DNA of 64,000 nucleotides from Octopus bimaculoides (taxonomy: Eukaryota), in the NCBI RefSeq assembly GCF_001194135.2, contig NC_069001.1, positions 18,177,171 to 18,241,170 on the forward strand, read 5' to 3'. The position numbers and the translations under genes are program-made. Positions 47,656 to 60,357 of the stretch are shown piece after piece (the stretch's first letter is position 1; each line of letters opens with the position of its first letter). Under the pieces are notes generated by a model. It worked only from the letters and a program-made list of their open reading frames with translations, was not told the origin of the DNA and ran no database searches.

Positions 47656-50600
47656 GTGTGTATGAATATATATATGTGTATATATGTGTGTGTGTTTATA
47701 TATATATTTATATATATATATATATATACTCTTTACCTGTTTCNNNNNNNNNNNNNNNNNNNNNNNNNNNNNNNNNNNNNNNNNNNNNNNNNNNNNNNNN
47801 NNNNNNNNNNNNNNNNNNNNNNNNNNNNNNNNNNNNNNNNNNNNNNNNNNNNNNNNNNNNNNNNNNNNNNNNNNNNNNNNNNNNNNNNNNNNNNNNNNNN
47901 NNNNNNNNNNNNNNNNNNNNNNNNNNNNNNNNNNNNNNNNNNNNNNNNNNNNNNNNNNNNNNNNNNNNNNNNNNNNNNNNNNNNNNNNNNNNNNNNNNNN
48001 NNNNNNNNNNNNNNNNNNNNNNNNNNNNNNNNNNNNNNNNNNNNNNNNNNNNNNNNNNNNNNNNNNNNNNNNNNNNNNNNNNNNNNNNNNNNNNNNNNNN
48101 NNNNNNNNNNNNNNNNNNNNNNNNNNNNNNNNNNNNNNNNNNNNNNNNNNNNNNNNNNNNNNNNNNNNNNNNNNNNNNNNNNNNNNNNNNNNNNNNNNNN
48201 NNNNNNNNNNNNNNNNNNNNNNNNNNNNNNNNNNNNNNNNNNNNNNNNNNNNNNNNNNNNNNNNNNNNNNNNNNNNNNNNNNNNNNNNNNNNNNNNNNNN
48301 NNNNNNNNNNNNNNNNNNNNNNNNNNNNNNNNNNNNNNNNNNNNNNNNNNNNNNNNNNNNNNNNNNNNNNNNNNNNNNNNNNNNNNNNNNNNNNNNNNNN
48401 NNNNNNNNNNNNNNNNNNNNNNNNNNNNNNNNNNNNNNNNNNNNNNNNNNNNNNNNNNNNNNNNNNNNNNNNNNNNNNNNNNNNNNNNNNNNNNNNNNNN
48501 NNNNNNNNNNNNNNNNNNNNNNNNNNNNNNNNNNNNNNNNNNNNNNNNNNNNNNNNNNNNNNNNNNNNNNNNNNNNNNNNNNNNNNNNNNNNNNNNNNNN
48601 NNNNNNNNNNNNNNNNNNNNNNNNNNNNNNNNNNNNNNNNNNNNNNNNNNNNNNNNNNNNNNNNNNNNNNNNNNNNNNNNNNNNNNNNNNNNNNNATATA
48701 TATATATATATATATGTATGTATGTGTGTGTATGAATATATATATGTGTATATATGTGTGTGTGTTTATATATATATTTATATATATATATATACACAAA
48801 TTCATATACATACATATACACACACACACATATTTACGCAGATAATATGTATACATATATATGTGCATATGTGTGTATCTATATGTGTGCACTTTGTGTA
48901 TTATCTCCACACCTTAATTAAAAATAGCTCGTTAATAAATACTGACCAAGGAAATTCTTTTGGATTTTTTTTTATTGTTTCATATTTGTTTTACATCCAT
49001 TTCTGCATACCTGTTATAAGCAGGCAGGGCGGAGGTGTTTGTTAGAAATAGATGACTTTTCAATTGATGTCCATTCAACCATGAAGGTGGGAATAGACCT
49101 GAGAAGTAGAACTTGTTTATTTATGTAGTCCATCAGTCCGTAGGAGGGATCAACAAATACTTCTTGTAATAGCTTTTAGCTTTCATTTATGTCAGTCACT
49201 GATCATTGAAATGTGGTTGTACTGCAGCACTGCTTGAGAAGGTTTTAGTCAAACAGATCAACCCAGAACATATCTGTCTACCGGTCTCTTTTGCTGAACT
49301 ACTAAGCTATGGAGGACATAAACAAACTGTCATTGGTTGTTAAGCAATGGGGTGGAGTGAGATAAGCACATAATCAAAGAGACACACAAACATACATACA
49401 TATATATCCTTTTCTACTCTAGGCACAAGGCCCTAAATTTTGGGGAGGGGGCCAGTTGATTAAATTGACCCCAGTATGTAACTGGTAATTAATTTATCGA
49501 CCCCAAAAGGATGAAAGGCAAAGTCAACCTAGGTGGAATTTGAACTCAAAACGTAAAGACAGACAAAATACCGCTAAGCATTTTGCCAGGCGTGCTAACC
49601 ACTCTGCCAGCTTGCTGCCTTTATATATATCATCATCATCATCGTTTAACGTCCGCTTTCCATGCTAGCATGGGTTGGACGATTTGACTGAGGACTGACA
49701 AGCCAGAAGGCTGCACCAGGCTCCAATCTGATCTGGCAGAGTTTCTACAGCTGGATGCCCTTCCTAACGCCAACCACTCCGAGAGTGTAGTGGGTGCTTT
49801 TAAGTGCCACCGGCACGAGGCCCCCCCCCCTACACAGACCTTAGGTTTCTGGGTGGTTACCCATCCTCAGTGTGAGATAATCACAAGCTAGTGCCAAGAG
49901 CTCTCTCCACTTCTCAATGCTATATATTCTATAAGTGATGCTTATAATCATTACTGTTCGGCACTGTTACTGTATATATCTCACTCAGAGATTGAAAACA
50001 AATAATAAATTTGTACTCCACAAAAGTATAGAGTAGTAACCTATCAGATTAACATAGTTATAAATTATTCTTATTATAACTGAACATAAAAACAAACATT
50101 AGTACACACACACACACACACACACACATATATGTGTGTGTGTGTAAAGGTGGTGAGCAAGCAGAATCTTTAGCATGCCGAGTGAAATGGTTAATGGTAT
50201 TTTGTCTGTCTTGGCATTCTAAGTTCAAATTCCACCAAGGTCAACTTTGCCTTTAATCCTTTCAGGAATGATAAAATAAGTAGCAGTTGAAGCCGGGGTT
50301 GGTGTAATCAACTTATCCCTCCCCCAAAATTGCAGGCCTTGTGCCAAAATTTGAAATCGATACACACATGCACACACACACACACATTATGTGATGGGCT
50401 TCCACACAATTTCCACCTCCCAATTTCACTCACAAAGTATTGGTCAGCCTAGACTATAGTAGCAGACATTCAGACAAGGCGCCTTGCAGTGAGACTACAT
50501 GGCTGCAAAGCAAGCTTCCCAACCACAGTCATGACTGTTCACATTTGTTTTCATCTGTTTTTTTTTGGGGGGGGGGGTGATTTTTTTACATTTACTCATG

Positions 50601-50982
50601 GTCCACTAAATATTTTCATGTCTCTCACCATTTCCATCACCAGAAAAGATTGTGTAAACAAAAATAAACAAATTATAGCATAAAATATATTAAATATAAA
50701 GATGGTGACTTGCATATTTATTCTTTATACATTCTTACAGAGTCAAATGTCAAATGTGAAATATGCTGCTCGCTATTGTGTAAATCACAAGAAAAACATC
50801 TCCCTTTTCCAATGACAGTATATTCATAAGACTCAGTTCACTAGTCTTTCAACATGTGTTGCATCAGCCAGAATCCCTTGCACCAATGAGCTGAATGTGT
50901 TATGAATACATTGTCGTCATAAAAACAAGTTGTTTTTCTATGATATACACAGCAGCAATTAACATATTTTGCATTTGTATCT

Positions 50983-51320
50983 GATACCGAGACCCCCTTG
51001 GGTCATGACTGACCATGGGATTGCACCCAGAAAGTTACCCTCCGAGGCACAAGTCTGGGCAAGGTTGTTTTATGGAAGACCAGCAGTCACCCATGCATAC
51101 CAGCTTCCTCTCTCCATGCCACTGATGTCATCCAAGGGAAAGGCAAAGGCCGATACAGCTTGGCACTAGTAACATTGCAACTCATTTCTGCAGCTGAGTG
51201 AACTGGAGCGATGTGAAATAAAGTGTCTTACTCAAGAACACAACACGCAGCCCGGTCCGAGATTTGAACTCACAACCCCACGATCGTAAGCTCGACACTC
51301 TAACCACTGAGCCATGTGCC
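50983..51320 (-). mobile_element. Near full-length tRNA-derived SINE (family E)
   Basis: ggcacatggctcagtggttagag (A box), gagttcaaatctc (B box), gtgttcttgagtaagacacttt core, gctccagttcactcagctg, GC-richer 3' body; CpGs retained, so probably young. Confidence 0.88.
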
Positions 51321-52809
51321 TTCACTTGTATCTATCAGAACAATAATTAAATATACAAGTCATCATTTCAGATGATAAATTTGATAAATTTGATAAATTT
51401 GAAGAATTTTTAGAAAATGTCTGAAGACACAGAGAATATCTCACTGACCAGCCTGTGGTTGGACCCTAGTAAAAAGCAATGAGAGTAATGGATCTTGCTC
51501 AAGTAGGTGCAAAAACAACAATGATGATAATAAGATTTGAACTGGTAACCATGTGACTATCAATCCATGACTTTGTACCTCACAGCCAATATATCTAGCA
51601 CATAGTTTGATATTACTCCTAAACTATTTTTTGTACATCCATACATACACACACACACTCATCATATACATACAAATATTAAACATGTACATTCAAATAC
51701 GTACACATATTATATACATGCAAATCTATACACATCATATACATGCAAATGCATACACACACAATCATTTGGGTTTTCTTTTTTTACATTATTGTCATTG
51801 GTTGGACAGGTTTCACTCCCTGTACAGATCTTTTGTCATCTGGCAGACACAGAAACAAAGAAATCAGCCTGTCTTTGTTGCTGCAGATGTCACCATTTCA
51901 TGACAGTTTCCTATTCTGGCATAGATTGAACAATTGTTACAACCTGATTCTGTACTTACTCACCCTCCAATAAAGCTACCCGAGACCATATCTTTCCTAT
52001 ACATTTGACATGGTTTCTATGGTTGGACACTTTTCCTGACACCAACCACTTAGCATAGTATTACTAAGCACATTTTAACCTTTTTGTTACTATATTTCCA
52101 TTGTTTCGATTAATTCTGAAAATAATTTATTAAAATAACTCATTATTAAGTTAGTATTTAGAACAAAATTTGGTTTCAAATTTTGACACAAGGCCTGAAA
52201 CTCTGGGTGAGCGGTAAGTCAATTACATCGACCCCCATGCTCAACTGGTTCTTAACCCTGAAAAGATGGAAAGCAAAGTCAACCTTGGCAGAATTTGAAC
52301 TCAGAATGTGAAATATTTGAAAAGCTGCTAAGCATTTTACCTGGCGTACTAACCATTCTACCAGCTTGTCACCTGACATTTAGAACATCAATTGACATGA
52401 AATTTTTATAGAAAGAAGTGTTAATTTAGATCACTTTAAAACAGGAAATTTATATCATAGAACCAGGAGCAATCTAAGGTGAGTTGGCATCTAAAAGTGT
52501 AAAAGGGTTTGTAAATTGGGAGACAAGGAACCAGGTGTGGTTCAGATGTATACCATTCTGTAAAAAGCAGAGTAGGATCCACTTTGCAACTTAAACTAGC
52601 CCCTCGTCATCATATTTCTGTCAGAATACACTGATTTTGTTTCAATTAATTTTGAAGATGACAAAAAAATTTAGTAAAATAACTTTGCCATTATTGAGTG
52701 GTGTTTGGAAATTTTGATGGAAGAAAGTTTTTAATTTAGATCACTTTAAAAGAGGAAGTTTATATTAGAGAACTGGGGCAGTCTCAAGCAGTTGGTATCC
52801 ATCCATCTA

Positions 52810-53400
52810 CTTCACCCACTAATCATGGGGAGTACAACCCTCAGGCGATGCTTCAATAGGGTCCTATCAGAAGCAACCATCATTACACTTTCATACTGGA
52901 TTCCCAAATGCGACCAATGGATACTACAAATATTATGCAACCATCTTGTTCTTGGTCTACCCCTAGGTCTCCTGCTAGTTGGCTTGGCTTAAAGAATTCA
53001 TATTGTGATTCTTTCCTGAAACATTCTAACCACATGTCTATAGTACTAGAGCTCTCTCAATGGTTTTAGAGATACCAACATACACCTGACAAAACTAAAG
53101 AGTTCTCTCAACCACATGTCATCTTTCTCTTCATTCACTGAAGACCTTACAGACTATATAGGTGCATTCTATCCATGGCACCCGCATTAGATAGGTTGTC
53201 ATATCCTCAACAGAAAAAGACTAAAGAATCTTAACACTATCACATCTCCACTTATTCATTGACCATTTTATAAACTGGACTGGGTATGTTTTATCATGGC
53301 TCCAGCACTTGTGAAGTTGGCTTGTATCCTTCAAAGCTAAAAGAATCTTGGCTATTTTACATTGTCTCACATTGTCTCCATTTGTCAAAACTAATGCAAC
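52810..53400 (-). mobile_element. Decayed RTE-clade LINE 3' fragment
   Basis: Minus strand KPTSRRPRGRPRTRWLHNI...VASDRTLLK, the RTE C-terminal RGRPR.RW motif. Confidence 0.7.
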
Positions 53401-54025
53401 CAAGAGCAGGTGGAGAAGTAGAAAAGAGAGAAGAATGGGAGACAGGGAGAGAGAGAGAGGGGAAATAGAGAGAGAAAAGAGAGACAGAGGGAAAGCAATA
53501 ACAAATGAACCAGAGTGAGAAAATGAAAGAGATAAAGTTAGGTTTTTTTGTTTCTTTTTAACTAAGCTCTCCAATATGACCAAAGTATAAAGTTTTATCT
53601 AACATTTTACTTTGACCCCCTCCCCCACCAACTGTACAACAAATAAATAGGAACATCTCATACCACATCAAAAGAGAAAAAGAAAGATAAAATTAATAAT
53701 AAAAGTCTTTTTTCAGTAAATGTCTCAGATATTGTCATATCCCAGTAATTACCACAATGAAACTTAATTTGTAACTGAAATTTTATAATTCAATCTAAAT
53801 AATAAAATAAGTAACCAATAATATCTATATCATTATCATCATCATTATATAATTACTAAAATTAATTTCTAGTAAACTTTTTTAATTATAAAATAAAATT
53901 AAATTAACAATGTAGATTATCATGTAATTAATATGTATTTTTTGCTTTTACTTGTTTCAGTTGTCATTGGACTGCACCCCCATGCTGGAGTACCACCTTG
54001 AAGGGTTTAATCCTGTAACACTTAA

Positions 54026-54245
54026 CTCTTTAGCATTTAAACTGGCCCTACCCAGCCCAAATATTCTACAAGTTTTATGATCAAATTAGTCAGACCTGGC
54101 CTTCCACAACTATCCTACAATGTCATTCTCAAAATATATAACCACATCATCAAAATCTCAAAGCTACAAGGTAATGCATGATTAATTTAAAACAATGTGA
54201 ATAAATATGCATCACATTTAACAAAGTAACCTGAATGCTAAAAGG
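54026..54245. mobile_element. TTAA-flanked (piggyBac-type) MITE, followed by a second partial copy (54250-54921) that hosts the fold-back SINE
   Basis: ttaa|ctctttagcatt ... aatgctaaagg|ttaa. Confidence 0.8.
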
Positions 54246-54600
54246 TTAAACAAGCCATACCAGGCCCAAATATTGTACTTGTTTTATGTTCAAACTGTCC
54301 TGGTCTGGCTTTGCATACCTACCCTACATTGTCATTCTAAAAATAATCATATCGTCAAAATTTTAATGCTACAAGGTAATGCAAGATTAATTCCAAAGGA
54401 CATCATTTACCTTTGACGGATATTTGTCCTCATCTTGTTTGTTGTTAACACGTTTTGGTTGATATACTCTCCAGCCTTCATCAGGTGTCCTGGGGAAATT
54501 TCGAACCTGGGTTCTCATTCCTAAGGCATTTTTCGATGTTGTTTTTATTATTATTATTATTATTATTCAGGTCACTGCCTGGTATCGAACTCGGAATCTT

Positions 54601-54676
54601 GGGGCATATGGTGTAGTGATTAAGAGCGCAGGCTACTAACCCCAAGATTCCGAGTTTGATTCCAGGCAGTGACCTG
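54601..54676 (+). promoter_or_regulatory. tRNA-derived internal Pol III promoter (A and B boxes)
   Basis: ggggcatatggtgtagtgattaagagc (A box) ... gagtttgattcc (B box; gagttcgatacc in the inverted arm). Confidence 0.75.
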
Positions 54677-54740
54677 AATAATAATAATAATAATAATCAT
54701 ATCAAAAAATACCTTAGGAATAGGTTCAAAATTTCTCCAA

Positions 54741-54783
54741 GACACCTGATGAAGGCTGGAGGGTATATCAGCCAAAATGTGTT
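54741..54783 (+). ncRNA. Degenerate minimal hammerhead motif; mirror copy at 54447-54489 on the minus strand
   Basis: gacac CTGATGA a ggctg-10nt-cagcc aaaa t gtgtt; GAAA appears as AAAA and stem III is incomplete in both arms. Confidence 0.6.
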
Positions 54784-56144
54784 AACAAACAAGATGAGGA
54801 CAAATATCCGTCAAATGTAAATAATGTACATAATTCCTCATCTCTTAAATAAGAAATGTAATTCAAAGGAATCAGATTATATAAGCATTACATTTGATAG
54901 AATAATCTGAATGTTAAAGGGTTAATCATACAAATCAATTCCAGTAGTTACTGTTTTAAAATTGGTACTTATTTTATTAATCTCTTTTGTTGAACCACTA
55001 AGTAATGGAAATGTGAACAAATGCATGAAGGTGTGCAGTAAGAAGCTTGCTTCCCAACCACATGATTCCGCATTCAGTCCCACAGTGTTGCACTTTGGGC
55101 AGGGGTCTTCTACTATAGCCTTGGGCCAATCAAAGCCTTATTGGTGGATTTTGTTGACAGAAACTGAAAGAAGCCCAAGGTGCCATGCAGTGGGACTGAA
55201 ACCAGAACCATGTGGTTGGGAAACAAACTTCTTATCACAGAGCCATGCTTATTTAATAAATATTGAAGAAACCATAGTTTATTTCTAAAAATATAATATA
55301 ATCAGATAGTCCTATCATATAAACTGAGTTTGTTTTTTAAAAAATATCTTGTTAAATAAAAATTGAAGAACTCTTGAGATTACGAGATCACTTATTGCAA
55401 GATGTGCCTATTAAATACAGCAGGTCTGAACAGATAGGTAAAGTAACACTGATTAGCTGTTATCTTTCTCCTGTGCTGCATGTAAGTGAAGGGGTGTAGG
55501 GTGTGTGAGATGTAGGGTATATGGTGTATATGAAGTACAGGGGATGTTCAGGGATGCGTAACACCTTAGATAGAAGCACATGCTATGTATCTCTAAGTCC
55601 AAAAAAGCTATAGCTTGTACTGTGGCCACACTCTGGAAAAGCACTTTGATAGGTAGATTAAACCAGGTAAGGGTTAATCATCAGATATGTAACCCTCAAT
55701 GAATTAGGGCATGGACACAGGTGAGAAAATACTAACAACAATCCAAAAGCTCAACAAGACGTTATTGAGGCCTTCATCATCTGCTCTGATCATGACTGCT
55801 TCCACCTCCAACCATTCCAACCACTAACCTTCTTGACCTTGTCTTAATTAAACGACAATATTTGACCTTCTAAGGCAGTGAGTGTCAGAGTTGTAAGCAT
55901 GCCAGGCAAAATGCTTAATGGCTTCTTATTTATCTTCATGTTCTCCATTCAAATTCAACCAAGGTTGACTTTACCTTTCAATCTTCCAGGGTTGATAAAA
56001 TAAGTACTAGTGGAGCACTGGGGGTCAATGAAAGCAACTTACGCCCTCCCCCAAACTTATTGGCCTTGTGCCAAAATTTAAAACCAATATCATACCTTGT
56101 AACATTAAAAGACACAACTTGATACACGCACACACACACACACA

Positions 56145-56375
56145 GGCAGCAAGCTGGCAGAAACGTTAGCACGCCGGGCGAAATGCTTATCGGTATTTCG
56201 TCTGCCGCTACATTCTGAGTTCAAATTCCGCTGAGGTCGACTTTGCCTTTCATCCTTTCGGGGTCGATTAAATAAGTACCAGTTACGCACTGGGGTCGGT
56301 ATAATCGACTTAATCCGTTTGTCTGTCCTTGTTTGTCCCCTCTGTGTGTAGCCCCTTGTGGGTAGTAAAGAAATA
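56145..56375 (+). mobile_element. Full-length tRNA-derived SINE (family B)
   Basis: ggcagcaagctggcagaaacgttagc (A box), gagttcaaattcc (B box), gtcgactttgcctttcatcctttcggggtcgat core. Other copies at 11705-11890, 24595-24800, 34840-35040, 49420-49622, 50148-50365, 52180-52375, 55874-56090, 57500-57650, 61350-61545, 63893-64000. Confidence 0.92.
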
Positions 56376-56636
56376 ACACACACACACACACACAGTGGGC
56401 AGGTTTCTACAGTTTCCATCTTGCAAATTCCACTTAAATGAGCCAACCTTAGGCTCCAGTAGAAACGACTTGACCCTAAGTGTCACTTAGTAGCAGTGAA
56501 CTTGGAACCAAGTTGTTGCAAAGGACACACCTTAATCAAATGGCTATATGCATACATCCATATACATATGTATAAACACACACTCACACATTAAAACTTT
56601 ACTGTTATAAGATATCTATCTATCTATCTATCTATC

Positions 56637-56674
<38 letters not shown>

Positions 56675-59439
56675 TTCCCATTTAAACAAGACAACTATAA
56701 CAGACTATGACAAATGTGTGTGTGTATGTGTGTGTGCATTCACACACACATATATGCGTTTGTATATGTATACATACACATCCCCCCATACTTATGTATG
56801 TATATGCACGTATGTATTTATATATATAAGATGAACAATATGCTTTCATTTGAAGCTACACACAATTGTTCTTGAATCTGCTACACATTTTGGTTATTGA
56901 GAGAGCGAGAGAGAGAAGTAGAGAAGAATTAGAGAAAATATGAGAAAAGGGGAGAGAGAGTATAAGAGAGAGGGGAGGAGAAAAAGAAACAGAGATGTGT
57001 GGGTGACGGAAGGGTGTGTGAAACAGGAAAAAAATGTCTTCAGGTTTGTACAACTGGTTTTTCCAGTTTTTAAGTAAGGAAGAAAAGATTTGAAGAACAG
57101 CAGAGGGGTTGGTGAGTTCAAACCACATTGAAGTTAAAAATATTCTAACTTCAATGGAATCTCAACAATGAAGTCGTCAACCTGTTAGCTATATTTCATT
57201 TTTGAATTTTTTTGAAATATTACTATACACCCAGCTGGGTATCTGTTGTGGAAGGATTCCAACCACCCTCCCAAACGACTACAGGTGGACTGACTCACTG
57301 TTATAAAGTAAAGAACAGTGAATGATTTGCAGTTCAGATTGGTAAGCAGTGCACTGTGAGCTGTTGATTGGGAGTGTTGAGTCTTGTGTAATAGTAACAG
57401 TTGTGTGTCATGTAAATACTTTCTCCCCCCCCCCTCGCTTCGTTAAATTATATATCCAATGCGAGGATACAAAAGTATCTAATGTCACATTATATTCACA
57501 AGTGATTACAAATCCTGTTGAGGTTTAACTTTGCTTTGCACCCTCTTGAGGTCAATAAGATAAAACATCAGATAGGTGCTGGGGTTGATGGAATCATCTA
57601 ACATTCTCCCATCAAAATTGCTGGTTCTCTGCCAAAATTAGAAACCATCATCTACCCAGCTGTTTAAGGTTTCATAAGAATGTCATAATCATCCTCATTA
57701 CCATTATCATTAATCCTTTGATATTAATGAGACACAAGGAGCTTCTACTTGAGTGGTTACCAACCTATTGGTCTACAACCCAAATTGGGTTAGGGTTTAA
57801 TTTTGAAAAAATGATCAAATGGCAGCATTAAAGCATTGGGAAATATGTCCTACAATAACTTTTCTTCCTTTCTGCAAACTGTGTTCAAATCCAGCTGAGA
57901 TTGATGTTGCCCCCCAAACCCTCTTACAAGACAGCACAGCTGAATAAAGAGAAACAGAGATAGGGTGGGTTAGAAAAAAATGACACCAGAACTTTAGTAA
58001 GAGGGTTCTGGGGGATAACAGTATCTCTTGCCTCCAGCAGAGGCAAACTGATCAAGGGTCTAACAACCTCTTATTTAACATGCTTCAAAAATTATCTAAA
58101 CAAACTAGAAAGTGTGGACAGAACAATGTCTTGTAATGCTATGGAACAGCTCATAAACCAGAAAAGGTAGCAAAGACAAAACTGTTTTACTTTGGAAATA
58201 TTCTAAAGTAATAGGTACCAGTAATTACAGTCACTACCACTTAGGATAGCTAAGTGAAGTGAAAAGCACTCCACAGAACAGGATATAAACCAACTGGTTA
58301 TCTGTTAAACCAATCAACATGATCTGTTGAAAACAATTTTCATTGGCTGAAATTAAAACCAGCCATTGATTAAATGACAGCATGATTAAATGACAGAAGG
58401 TCAAAAAAGATATTTGTTTGAAATGATTAAGACACAGTTGTTACTCAACTCTTTGGTTGGTTGGTTGGTTGGTTGACTGACTGAATAAATATCTATTATG
58501 CTTCTTGGAACACTGTCTATCAACCAAGGGTAGGTGTGGCCTTGGGCTTTACTCTATTCTGGCTGGTGGCTTTAGAGTTTGCTCTGTTCTGATCTGGTGC
58601 TTATCACCCACAGGCAATGTCTTTCTTCATTTGTTCATTTCTGTTTGACCTTTTTATTTTTTACTAGTTTCACACATTATGCTGCAGCCATACTGGGGCA
58701 CCAACTTGAGGAATTTCAGCCAAACTAATTGACCCCAGTATTTATTTTCTTTCTTCTAAGCCTTGTACTTATTCTATCAGTGTCTTTTGCTGAACCACTA
58801 AGTTATGGGGATGTAAACAGACAAACATCAGTTGTCAAGCAGTGGTGGGGGCAAACATAGACACGACGACACCACACACAACAAGCTTCTTTCAGTTTCC
58901 ACGTACCAATCCACTCACAAGGCTTTGGTTGGCACATGGCTATTGTAGAATACACTCACCCAAGGTACCATGCAGTGGAACTGAACCAAGGATCATGTGA
59001 TTGGGAAGCAAACTTCTTACCACACAGCATATTTGTTTATGTTTTTGTTGGCCACATGTTCAACTGTCTTACCAGAATATCACCATTATCATTAATTTTT
59101 TAGTGGGGGGTGGGTGTCCCTTCTCTGATCCTAATATTTATGGACAGTTTTCTTCCTCATGAGCCAATCTTTTTTAAAAGGGATTTTGGTAGATGCTCAT
59201 AGCATTTCTTTCTCCATGACCAGACATGAAAATTGCTCAATATTGAATTTCTCCACGTCTTTTTTAATCATATCAATTGATCACAAGAGTGATTTACCTT
59301 GTTTTATCACACAACCTTGGCCTTCCCCATAACCTCCCTTCATGCAGAAGGAGATATGTTTGTGTATGCATTTGTACATATGCATGTGTATATATGTATG
59401 TGTGCTTGTGAGTATTTATACATGTATACAACAAGGTAG

Positions 59440-59755
59440 TGAAATATGATCTTTGGTTGTTGAGTTTCACAGAGGCAATGACAAGTAACCAAGACTTCTG
59501 GCAATTTGCTGTGATTGAGAAGATACATCAAACTAAGTGCTTTGTAGTCAATGCTGGTGACATGTAAAAGGCACCTGTACCAGTGATACATAAAGGATAC
59601 CCAATACACTTTGTAGAGTGATTGGCATTAGGAAGGGCATTTAGCTGTAGAAACTATGCCAAAACAGACTGGAGTCTGGTGCAGCTTTCCAGCTTATCAG
59701 TTCCAGTCAAACTCTCTAACCCGTTCCAATATAGAAAACAGATACTAAATGATGA
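59440..59755 (+). mobile_element. RTE-clade LINE 3' end without a tandem array
   Basis: gatcttt..ttgagtttcacagaggcaatgacaagtaaccaagacttctgg...gagaagatacatcaaactaag, then the conserved tail. Confidence 0.8.
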
Positions 59756-60326
59756 TAATTCCAAGTTTAAATAGGAGCTCTATCATCATTGTTTTAATGT
59801 GCACTTTTCCATGCTTGTATGGGTCAGATGGAATTTGTTGAGGCAGATTTTCTATGGCTGAATGCCCTTCCTGACATCAACCCTCATCTGTTTCCAAGTA
59901 AGTGAATCCAGACATGTTTTCACAAAAGATTGGAAATGAAGGACATCATTTGCTTCATGGTGACACTTGTTTACAACTACCATGTGATGTCAAATCGAGG
60001 AGTCAGCAACATAAACACACAATTATACACACGTACATGACAGGCTTCTTTCAGTTTGTCGACCAAATCTACTCACAAGACTTTGGATAGCTCAGGGCCA
60101 TAGTAGAAGACACTTGCCCAAGATGCTATGCAACAGGATTAAACTTGAAGCCATATGGCTGGAATGCAAACTTCTTACCACACAGTCACACCAGTGCCTA
60201 GTTTTATATGTGTATGTGTGAATGTATGTATGTATATATGTGTATGCGTGTGTATGTATATATATATGTGTGTGTATGTATGTATATATATGTATGTGTG
60301 TATATATATATATATGTGTGTGTGTG

Positions 60327-60357
<31 letters not shown>

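Larger units (their letters stand above)
54401..54858. mobile_element. tRNA-headed short element with a hammerhead-like core, inserted as an inverted (fold-back) pair
   Basis: Forward copy 54601-54858; inverted copy 54401-54604 lacking the tRNA 5' half; imperfect 12-13 bp target duplication taattccaaagga / taattcaaagga. Confidence 0.85.

Noticed and set aside
47610-48795. Identical compound microsatellite on both sides of the 47744-48695 gap
   Set aside because: Most likely overlapping contig ends (assembly artefact), not a real duplication.
9895-49045. Long ORFs containing X runs (9895-10851, 20782-21626, 36926-37579, 38042-39017, 47595-49045)
   Set aside because: Open only because they run through N gaps and (TA)n flanks.
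50745-50815. MSNVKYAARYCVNHKKNISLFQ resembling a THAP start
   Set aside because: First Cys absent, stop after about 22 codons, no downstream THAP or transposase motifs.
53221-53583. 120-aa minus-strand ORF with a hydrophobic stretch
   Set aside because: Made of (CT)n microsatellite plus an out-of-frame RTE remnant.
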